A stretch of DNA of 62,992 nucleotides, filler included, from Folioceros fuciformis (taxonomy: Eukaryota), in assembly GCA_049999805.1 (NCBI GenBank). It is 5 parts of 5 records of this genome, joined end to end, with 100 filler letters (N's around TTAATTAATTAA, not from the genome) between each part and the next. Parts side by side here need not be neighbours in the genome. Positions count along the whole stretch, not along the records: positions 1 to 16,128 come from JBNGIO010006413.1; 4 more parts are not named here. One strand, given 5' to 3'. The notes beneath the pieces are model-generated. The model saw only the letters and a list, made by a program, of their open reading frames with translations. It had not been told where the DNA came from and did not search any database. Position numbers and translations under genes: made by a program. This document shows positions 1 to 10,428 of the stretch, one piece after another; the stretch's first letter is position 1; every line of letters starts with the position of its first letter.

Positions 1-1679
1 CAAACTCAAAAGGAGATGCCTTCAATAATTCAATTACGAGAGAAGTCTATAAATCAAATCTATTCCCTTTCATGGAAATGCAAGCCCCTAAGTCAGAAGG
101 CCCGAAAGGGGCATGCAAACATGCTTTGTATGGATGACTTGAGACACTTGATCAATGTAAAGAAACAAGAAAAGGAACGCGCTCTACAATTACACAGCCT
201 AAAAGAAAAAAGGGCCTATGAACTCCTTAAGTGTGGATGAACTAATTAAGTTCAATAAAAAAAGCAGGGAAAATCTAATATAAAAAGCAAAGCTCAATAA
301 AGAGCAAGCAAACTATATAATAACAAACAACCTTAATAAAAATAATATTAATGATCAAAGTCTTGACGACTTGATCAAGCTTAATAAAATGCAAGTAAGA
401 TGCGGCGCTCGTCAATACTATAATGAATGAACAAGAACAAGCAAATCCTGCTAAGAAACAAATACCCTTAGAGCGAGTCTCCAAACGTGGAAATAATAGA
501 GCAGCAAGACGAAATGCACCCTACTCAACATCCAAGGTTTGTAACTAGCCACTTTCCTATGTCATGTTAGGTACATAAGTACGTAGGGCAACTTGTACAT
601 TGCATATTTTATGCTACCTTGTGTGGCACAATGTGGTATACTGTGTTAGGTGCATAAGTACGTAGTGCAGCTTGTACATTGCATATTTTATGCTGCCTTG
701 CACTGTGTTGTGTTGTGTTGTGTTGTGTTGTGTTGTGTCATGTCGTGTCGTGTCGTGTCGTGTCGTGCTGTGTGCTTGCGGATGCACATACATGTGATTG
801 ACATGTTTGCACTTCAAAGTTCACTCTTGGATTTTGTAATACATTCATGTTCTTAAGAGTCTCATAATGCAAGTTCAAGTTTGTGGCAATGCGGTTATGT
901 GCATAAGCAAGGGCTCACCTTGACTTTGTTGCAACAAGTTATCGCGCTCCTTTTCTTACAGGATAAAATAAAAGAAAATAATTATAACAAAATCGATCTA
1001 ATAGCAAGTCGTGCAGTTGAGGACTTCATTTCAAAACTCGGATCCATGCAAATAACCCTAAACTAAAACAATATCTTATAAAATCCAATTCTTTTCTCTC
1101 TCTCTTATGGAAGGACTCTTTGTTTTTTCTTCTATGAGTTCTTTTATCTAAAACATTTTTAATGTACAATTAATCTCCATTTCTTTTAATCTTAAAATAC
1201 TTTTTATTTCTTTATAAGTACTAAGAGTTTTCCAAGTTTTCACAATCATGCAAATTACTTCCAAAAATTAGTTGCCTAAAAATAGCCCAAACATACCATC
1301 GATTACGGTTTTTTGGATCCAATTCATAAAGTTTTCTCAATCTTCTACGTCTTCTTCTTTAGCTTAGCATCCCTCGAACATGTATGGGTTGTCATACTTG
1401 CATGAAATTGACATCATAATCAAAATTTATCATCCATGCTTGATAATATCAATACCATGTCGGGCACTGCCCTCGTAAGTTATGTGGCTATTCTCGGGAG
1501 ATCACAAGACTAGTACTAGTACTAGTACTAGTACTAGACTACCTACTCGTTTTGAGGGGATGTTATTCAGCCCGATGCATGCTACGTTTGTTTGCCTTCG
1601 AGTAGCAAGCGATCACGAGGGACTGGTGCATGAGTTTAGGGTTGCCCTATATATATACCCTAAACCCCTAAACCCCTAA

Positions 1680-1719
<40 letters not shown>

Positions 1720-2337
1720 TACATTGATCATACGAAAGGTTTAAAACAAATACTTCAAAGTATTTGAAACATAAATTAAAAAATGAATGCCCTAAATGAA
1801 TTTGAAACCCTAATTAATAGACGTACGAAGTACATGACCATTATAAATTAGGCTGAGCACTCTTGGCTAAGCTAGTATGCTAAGGTACGTTTTCACTTTT
1901 GCTCTTCCCCTTTGGTCCCCTCTCCTCTCCTCTCCTCTCCTCTCCTCTCCACCTTTTGTTTTTGTTGAATGTATTCTCTCTCTCTCTCCTTTGGTTGCGT
2001 TTCTCTTTTGTTTCCTAATGTGTTTTATCGATTTCGTGTGTCACATGAGTGCGTTTGGCTTCTTGGATTGTTCCCTTTTTCTCTTGTTGCGTGTGTGTTT
2101 CTTCTTTTTCTTAGGGTTCTTTATTGTCTCTTCTTCTTTCTAATATGTTTGACCTAAGTGCTTTTTTCCTTCTTCCATTGTTTCTATCGTGTTTCCTCTT
2201 AGAGTTTTTTTTGTTCTTTTTGAGCTATTCTTTCTCTCCTTCTTTTATCTTTATAGATCTATAATTGAACTTTTATGAACATCAAATTTTCAAACTCAAA
2301 AGGAGATGCCTTCAATAATTCAATTACGAGAGAAGTC
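1..2337. mobile_element. ~2.3-kb non-coding, microsatellite-rich repeat unit bounded by an exact 47-nt direct repeat and joined to a P450 exon
   Basis: 1-47 is identical to 2291-2337. Internal (TGTGT/TGTCG)n ~704-768, (ACTAGT)n ~1509-1540, telomere-like CCCTAAA 1658-1684, (TA)n 1684-1720, (CTCTC)n ~1918-1950 and an ~80-nt duplication at ~560-700. No credible ORF. Confidence 0.45.
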
Positions 2338-4191
2338 AAGGAGGACACTGTCAAGGTGCGTCGGGTTCCGCCATTTCGACTGCGACTTGGTCGCTGATCG
2401 ATTCATGTTATCCGAAGCCAACCACCAGATTCGTTCACCTGAGCGGCGACCCTGCTCAATGTGCCCAGTTCACGTACAATGTGATCGCCGGCGTGGTGAT
2501 GGGCTGGGGACCTGGTCCAGTCCGTGAACGCAGCTTGGAGCTCGTTCGAGTCGTTAGCAGCAATCTGTTCAAGGCACCCATCAATCTTCCAGGATTCGCC
2601 TTCAACAAGGCGATGCGGGTAGGACCTTAGCTAAGAGTGCTTGCGATTGTCTCCAGTTCTGCTATAGATTCGTGGTGACTTTCATTTCAATGTCGTGTGG
2701 GAGCCTCATGATTCACAAGCTAGTAGCTTTCTTCCGTCGTGACAAAAAATGAGCGATCTGGGGATTTCGATGCAGGCAAGGAAGGAGCTCTCCAAAATGT
2801 TCGCGGCTGAAATTGCGCTGCGGAGGCACGGCAAGGTTGTCAAGGGCGACCTGCTGCAGGTCATGATGGAGGCGGTGGATCCGGAATCCGACGGGAAGCC
2901 TGCAATGAGTGACTTGCAGCTGGTAGACACGCTGCACAACTTGATCCTGGCCGGCCACGAAACATCCACGAACACCCTCACTTGGCTTGCGAAGCTCATT
3001 CACGAGCACCCTGATGTCAAGCAGCGGCTCATTGTACGCAAGTTTCGCTGGCGCTGCTTTGCTTCTGAACCACGGACAAGTTCAGTTTTCAAGCGTGCCT
3101 GTAAAATAATGTATGTACAAGTCCTAATTCGCTCTCCGTGTTTGGCAGGCTGAACATCAGTCCCTGAGGAGCAGAAAGCAAGAGGGTGAGCCACTCACAT
3201 GGGAGGAGCTCAACAACGACTTTGTTTACACTTCAACAGTGAGACCCTACCTCGGTCCCTATCGCCTTTTGTCCCCTTTAGGACTACTGTAACCACACCC
3301 ATTTTGATAGTACTACCACTTCCAATGCATGGCCAAACTCAGTACCAGTGGTGCTCTTCAGGTGATCAGAGAGTCTCTCAGGGTGGCATCTCTGGCGTTT
3401 TGGCACCATCGTTCTGTGAAGCAGGACTTCACATTCAACGGTACGCGTTCCTAAATCTGTTTGCAGCTTGCATGCTTCGTGCTGCATGGGTATGCTTACT
3501 AGGAAAGCAACTTGCATGCGTTCAACTTGGTGGAAGAGCGTGGTTCTGCTGTACGTTAACCAGGATGATGCCATGATGTGCAGGATACCACATTCCCCAG
3601 GGCTGGAACATTGTGTTGGATGTGCATGACCTTCATCACAACCCTCAGCTATACCCTGAGCCAGAGTCGTTCAAGCCCTCTCGTTTCGATGTACTCACTT
3701 GAAAGCCTTCCAGCTCCACCAAATTGAATCCCCAAGTCTTTTTTGTTGCTTGTTGAAAACCAAGCTCACACTGGCTGATGGACATGTCATGGCCTTGAAC
3801 TGGATGTCCTGGTGGTCACATAACAGGAGCCCGCAAAGCGCCACACGTTCATGCCATTCGGAACTGGTCCAAGAATCTGTCTGGGCAAAGATTTGGCTAT
3901 GATGGAAGTGAAGGTGTTTCTCCATCACTGGATAACCAAGTACAGGTAGGCACAAGTGGAAACGCTGTAGGTTGCTTACCGCTACGGATAGCGATTCAGT
4001 CTGTCCTTGTTCTTGTCTTGTCGCCTGGTCATATCGTTTAGATTATACAATTCAGCGCTGACGGATCCTTCCTTTATGTTGTTGCAACCAACAGTTGGTC
4101 ACTCACGGAGGCAGCCACAGGAAGGGATTTCTCGGGACTCCCGATCCCCAACAACGGATCTCCTATCCGGATCGAGGCTTTGCTAGCCTAA
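2338..4191 (+). pseudogene. Cytochrome P450, CYP85 clan; 5' exons absent from or displaced out of the window
   Basis: Exons 2469-2618, 2776-3033 (I-helix LAGHETS), 3149-3238, 3362-3440 (ESLR, ExxR), 3584-3690 (PSRF), 3827-3945 (haem motif FGTGPRICLG) and 4095-4191 (TAA). All GT-AG and in frame, with typical clan-85 exon sizes 150/90/79/107. Only the end of the preceding exon (KEDTVK|gt) is present. Confidence 0.85.
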
Positions 4192-4587
4192 CTAAGCGCA
4201 GTCCAGCTCTAGCTGGGTAGAATTGTACATGTGTTTCTCCAATTTTTGAGAATGGTTAGTGTGTCGCAGTAATGTTAGCCTGGTCTGATTGAATAGTGTC
4301 TAGGTTCTACTTTATAGGTAGGTAAGTTCCAGGTTTTGAGATATTTCCCGCTGCCCTGTGGCGGATACTCACTTCTGGAGCAGGAATCCTCACGACTATA
4401 CGTTTCTAGAACCCAAAACAGACACGAAACGACATGCGCTGTTACTAGGCCCCATGATCTCAGAAAATGTTCGTGGCATTATCCTGTCTGTCACTGGGCG
4501 GTTCCACATTTAACCCCTTTCCATAACCGATTCCGAATTGCAAGCAACTCCTCGAGCTCAATTGAAGAGTTTGGAAGAAGGCAGTGA

Positions 4588-6596
4588 TGTTAGAAGAAGA
4601 TATATTAGGTTATATATATCATCTTAGTTAAACCCTAACTTGTGTGTTAATTCACATTACTTATATTCGTTAGGTTATGTTGGTGAATTATCACATAAGT
4701 CGTATTTAAGACAATTTTGTATTGTGGATATTCATTCTAATTAGTTATGCTTGGTTTTCAGACTGTCACTGATCGAAGTAGGCTGTGAAAAATCATGCAA
4801 CCCTAGGCCCTCCATATGAGGATAATGTTTATACTTAGGTAGGCCTTTGGTCAAGATATCTGCCGTGTTATTGTCTGTGCTGATATAATCCACCTTGATG
4901 ACGCCACGAGATACCACATCTCTTATGTAGTGATGTTGCACCTCGATGTGCTTGGTACGAGCATGGAAGGTGGGTTTAGCAATTAATTCTAAAGCACTTG
5001 TGTTGTCGTAGAGTATCAAAGTGGGATGATGCTAAACCTGTCCGAGGTCAGCAAGGAAACCTCATTCCCATTCTACCTTCTTGGCAGCTTCTGTCATGGA
5101 CTTGTATTCTGCCTCTATGGAGCTTAAAGCTATGGTGGTTTGCTTTTTGCTACTCCAATTCACAGCAGCCAAGGCAAGGAGAAAACAATACGTGAAGAGA
5201 CTTCGTCTCAAGTCAAAATCCGAGCTCTAGTCATCCATGAAGCGAGTAAGGGTAAGCTTAGATTCACCCCTGCGTTTGTACATAAGCCCATATTTCTTTG
5301 TGCCCTTCAAATAGCTAAATACTCTCTTGACAGCAATCCAGTGCGTTCTTCTAGGATTCTCAAGAAAATAAGAAGCTGTGCTGACTGCATATTGTATGTT
5401 TAGCCTGGTCCAGTTGATGATAAACAGAAGGCTGCCAATTGCGTGCCTGTAGGGTACGTCTTGCATATCCTTGATTTCTTCCTTTGTTTGTGGGTACTGA
5501 GAACGTGTAAGCTTGGTACCTGTCGAATAGGGTGTAGTCACTGGCCTAGCCTGGTCCAGGTTGAACTTCTTGAGCATCTCATTAACATACTTGTATTGAT
5601 GTATGAACATTAGCCCCTTGTCTCCAACTTGGGCTTGCCAATATCTTTCATGTTAAAACTACTGCTTAGCTATTCCTTAACAACTGTGTGCAGCTTTTGA
5701 TCATTTGTGGCAAAGATTACATCATCGACATACAAGGCCAGCATAACTATGGAAGATCCTTGAGTAAGCTTGTAAACATTCGAGTTAGCATTACTCTGGA
5801 CAAACTTGATGCTCAGCAAATAGAGATGCATGGTAATATACCGCACCTATCCACTCTGCTTTAGGCCATAGATACATTTTAGAAGCTTTAACACTTTCCG
5901 TGGGTGTGCAAGGTCTTCGTATGCCTCATGTTGGAGCTCTATGAGAGCACCGTATAAGAATATTGTGCAGACATCTATCTGCTGGAGATCTAGGTCGTGC
6001 TTTGTCGCATAGACAAGAAGGATCCGAATAGACTGAGTCCTCACTGCAGGTGAGAATGTTTCTTGGTAATCGATGTCTTCCACCTGTGTGAGCCCACGAG
6101 CAACAAGCCATGCTTTGTAGCACGCAACTTCACCTTTAGCATTTAATTTGAGTTTGAACACCCATTTGCCGGATATGGCTTTGCGTTCTGGTGGGAGGTC
6201 TCAGCTTTAGGGTTTAGGGGCAGAATGGGAGGTGGCTCTTCATCTTCATCCTCCAGATCTGAAGTAGCATCTTCAGCATTATCAGGTAATCCGAAAAGGT
6301 GCATGTTGCTCGTGGTAGAAGACTATGTGCAAGGATGCTCGCGAGGCGTAGAGGAGATAGTTAAGTTTAAGAGGGGGTGTTAGGAGAAGATATATTATGT
6401 TATATATATCTTCTTAGTTAAACCTTAACCTATGTGTTAAATCATATTACGTATAGTCATTAGGTTATGTTAGTGAACTGTCACATAAGTTGTATTTAAG
6501 ATAATTTTGTACTCCAGATATTCATTCTAATCAGTTATGCTTGGCTATCTCTAGCTCTCTTTATTCATAAGTGAACCACGCCCCATACTAACAACA
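4588..6596. mobile_element. Degenerate Ty1/copia LTR retrotransposon with internal RT/RNase H fragment inverted relative to the LTRs
   Basis: Direct repeats starting TGTTAG at 4588-4754 and 6378-~6595, with PPT (AAGAGGGGG) just before the second. Minus-strand pol remnants include KWVFKLK, YKAWLVARG, IYGLKQSG, YVDD, PYRHAIGSL and RTKHIEVQHHYIRD. Confidence 0.85.
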
Positions 6597-6619
6597 CTGA
6601 GGCAATCGAGATAGAAACT

Positions 6620-6799
6620 CATTACCTCTTCACCAGTTGCACGTAGACCTGCAGATAACCTCTAATATGTGCATGCCATGCCTAAAGTTCAGTTCCATGA
6701 TCAGAGGAGAAAATTCCTTCACCTTGTCCATCAACCCCACCCCCCTGCCTCCTTCGTCTTGTCTCGAGCAGTGTGCTTGGTCTGGTATTGCTCCACCAT
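6620..6799 (-). pseudogene. Degenerate LEA paralog
   Basis: ATG at 6799 gives MVEQYQTKHTARDKTKEAGG, resembling the neighbour's MADQYQQAKDTAARK with the same CACAATGG start context. A frameshift in a G-run precedes GLMDK|gt; a downstream TGEEVMS segment is LEA-like. Confidence 0.45.
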
Positions 6800-6857
6800 T
6801 GTGAGCCGCTATAGCAATCACGCCAGACGGCGTTGCAAATATCGACCTGGATCCAGA

Positions 6858-7018
6858 ACGTGACGTGAAATGCCTGCAGCAATTAAGCTACCTTTCTGCA
6901 GTAGGATGCAGTGAGAATGATAGAGCCATGTACAGTACATACTTGTACTTGAGGTTTAGACGACGTGGCAGATGCTGTTCAGTGTCCCGGTCTGTCTGCG
7001 CCTGCAAGGTCAGACGTG
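6858..7018. promoter_or_regulatory. Cluster of ABRE/G-box cores upstream of the LEA-like remnant
   Basis: Four ACGTG cores at 6858, 6863, 6963 (ACGTGGC) and 7014 within 160 bp, 5' of a LEA-like ATG. Confidence 0.4.
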
Positions 7019-7843
7019 AGTCACAACTGCAACTGCCAATGCATTCACCGAAGAATACCTGTTAGCTGCTCAGTGGCTCATTTTTGGCACAGCGCTTGGC
7101 ATTGGATGCTATTGTGGATTGCACGATGAACAACCGACATTATCATCCATATTTTTGACATCGATAGTTCATTTGGTTTTGTACTTCATGTGCGACAGTG
7201 CCTCGCGTCCTTCCTATCTAGCTACGAATCTGGGATTTGTAGTTTATGTGCGAGAATACTCCACATCTTTCCTCTCTACCTAAGAATCTTCCTGGAAGAC
7301 AAAAATCAAACCATAATGTCATAATTTATTTCAGTTTGTCAACTTTTTCAGGGAGGTAGGTTAAATCAAATGGCTGAGCCCAGAATATTAACGATTACGG
7401 CATTTTTTAATGAATGTATCAAGATTAGGAAATTTTGATCTTTGGCTAAGCAGTCTGCCCCAAGTTAACGTCACTATTCGTACACTTCATGGTGCAGCAA
7501 TAACTAGCACGCATTTGGAAAAGTTGGGGCGGTTGGAAACATCGAATTTTTCCGCATTTGGAGAGATTACGCGTGTGGACAGGCCAGTCAGAAGTTCAAC
7601 GATATGGACATGTACAAATCTGTTTCGCTCAAAGATTGTCAACTTTGTACAACGTAGTTATATCACCGTCAATCCCTCTCCACCAAAATCTGTGCTGGAG
7701 AGTGGAGTCCATTATGAAATCCAATGACAATCCCGCAATTTTGAAGTGCTCAGAAATATTCACAATTTGCGGCTACAGTAACCAGCACAGAAGCACTCCC
7801 CAACTATCAGGCCTGCTCAGAATTGTCGTAAATCTTCAGTACT

Positions 7844-8427
7844 TCACTTGTCGGACGAAAAGGCCTGCTTCACTTTGTCAATAGTTCCTCCAATTGTCTC
7901 CCTGGTCTTGTCTCCAGACTACAAGAGCAAGCGTACAACATTACCAATGTCAGGGAAACGGAATTTAAAATCCCGGGCGTCCCTACAATTCCGGAAGAGC
8001 CTAGGCGACGTCAAGTCACAAGCAGCATTACCTGCTGCAGCATACTGCCTGCTTGGTCCTTGGTCTCAGAAGCCTTCTGCTGGGCGTTTCCGGTAGCATC
8101 GGCAGCGCCCTCCTTCATCTGTCCCGCCTTCTCGTGGCCTATGTCACCCGCCTGGCGAGCCTTGTCTTGCATGCTTTGTCCCAGACCCTGCGACCCAGCA
8201 GAAGAAGAAAATGGAGATTCAAGAAGCAACTAGAGAAAAGCTCTCAACATCACGAAGGCAGCCCAACGACGCGAATCCTGTGGACGATGCAACGTTAATC
8301 TCCGGATAACGGAGGCAATCACTTTTGCCTGGTCTTGAGCCTGGCTCGACTTGTCCTGCCCAAACTGCGTAGTCTCATCGGCCTTGCGGGCGGCGGTATC
8401 CTTGGCCTGCTGATACTGGTCGGCCAT
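7844..8427 (-). CDS. Late embryogenesis abundant protein, group 3-like (3 exons, ~111 aa)
   Basis: Exons 8427-8323, 8187-8032 and 7918-7844, all phase 0. A/K/Q/D/E-rich 11-mer-like repeats (AKDTAARKADE, AQQKASETKDQ). TATA-like TATAAG near 8550. Confidence 0.85.
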
Positions 8428-10428
8428 TGTGGAGAACTGAAAGAACAGACGCTGAAGTAGGAGAGATAGCAGGAAAGCTCAAATCAAGAACGCTGAAAAA
8501 GATGATCTTGGGCACAACTGTTAACAATCTAGCCACGAAGTCCCCCTACTTATAACGGAGCCCAGGCTCCAGAGTGGCAGCTGATGCTGTGCGTGGCTAG
8601 TTCTGCTGCTGCCTGCTGTCGTCACAGCTAGTGACTCAGCTCACATTAATTTTGCACACTTGGTGTTGTCGGTGGTCTACTCCAGTTTACGGCCCTAAAC
8701 CGGGGGCTATGTGTCCACCAGTTGGTGGTGCAACACTTTACTTGTTGCACCTGGCAGCATTAGAATACCTAAAGTTGCTCGACTGTGGTGGAAAGCTGGC
8801 CGCATTGGCATCCAAAGCTGGACTAGTATGAGTTGTAGGAACAGTTTGAGTTGTGGAATGAGCCAACATGTAAGCCATATTATGGCGTTATAATCTGTCA
8901 TCTTCCTTACTTTACCAACTAGGGAGAGGCCAACGTGCCCAGCAACAGGGGAATTACAAAAGAGTTAGAAGGATGGGGCGATTTAAAAGAGTTGGATCAT
9001 GAAACCTCATCCATGGAATTGGAATTTTTGCAAGTATATGTGAGGGACGAATCGATTAGCTTAAGGTTAACTTCCACTACCTTAACTTTCACTGCCTTAA
9101 CTTCCATTGACTCAATTGTTATTTCATCAAAGTTTCTTTCTTGGCTTGCCCTCCCTACACTCCTCCTTATGCTCCCGCTCCCTTAGGCTCCCACTCCCCA
9201 AGTTTCCACTCGTCCATGGTGCTCCACTCCTTTACGCTTCCGCTCCCCATGTTCCCACTCATCCTTGTGCTCCCTCTCCCCAAATTTCCGCTCCATACGG
9301 TTGCTACATAAGTGCCTTCCTATGCCCTGAAGTTTCCTAAGATGACAATCTCAAACGAATCTCAAGTCGTATAAGTTGGTGATCTTAAGTCTTGTCGTGC
9401 TCCTGATCTCAAGTGTTGCCAAGTCTTGATATGAAGTCTTGAGAACATAGGGAAAGCTCTTTCTTGTTTATGTACAGCTATAGACTTTCATAGACATAAA
9501 TATCTTAGTATGAGTATGTGCTCTGATATGCATAGCTATAAATTATGTACACTTCTCCTACCTTTTGCTCCCACTCTCTACACTCCTACTCCCCTACACT
9601 CCTTGTTTCATCCATATCAAGCATTGTTTCATCCATTACTAGCTTGCCCTCCCTATGTTCCTCCTTGTGTTCCCGGTGCCTTAGGCTCTACTCCCTACGA
9701 CGTGCACTTATGTCAGTTAGCCACTAGGCTCCCAATGCACACTTACATGTGGCTATTAGGCTCTTGGCATGCACTTGTGTGTGATAGGGGATTGGTCGAA
9801 ACCTTGCAAATATGAAAAGAAAATAGATGTTCAAACTCTAGGATTATGATCATTGACCCTTCAATTAGTTGTTAAATGTAGTGTTTAAGGCACTAATGTT
9901 CTTCATATTTCTTGTGTACTTGTAAAAACCTGGAGTTTAGAAATAAAAAGTAAACATTCGGATGAATGATATACAATAATAGGCTTGTAAGCAATATCAT
10001 TAAAAATAAGCATGCACTGGTTTGCACCACGTTTCAAGAAAGTGATGCAAACTAGTGCGCACCATGCACCAAAGACTGCCTTAATTTCATAAAATAAAAA
10101 TTTCTACTAAAAACATAACATGCTAGAATACTACCAAGGTATTCTAAGCATGTTATGTGAGACGTGCCTAAGGATGCTTGGTCAACAACCTGACTGTTCC
10201 ATGAAAGCTTAGGAATGGTTAGCCATGGAGGCAAAGCAGGATTCTACTCCGGCAAGCAAAGCCTTAGAGGAGGCAATGGTAACTCGTTGTGGGCTTCTTA
10301 AACAGTAGTGTACCTCAGGTATTTCTTTGGACACAACCCCCGAAGGAGTGGAAACCCGGTCAACAGCCTGAGGAAAGCAAGAGCAATGTAGTGAATTCAT
10401 AACATCAGCTCTGGAGTCAGACCAACGA

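Noticed and set aside
84-125. CCCGAAAGGG hairpin suggestive of a hammerhead ribozyme
   Set aside because: The conserved CUGANGA and GAAA core positions are not properly present.
8935-9830. Pyrimidine-rich segment resembling a solo LTR
   Set aside because: No TG..CA boundaries, TSD, PBS or second copy could be identified.
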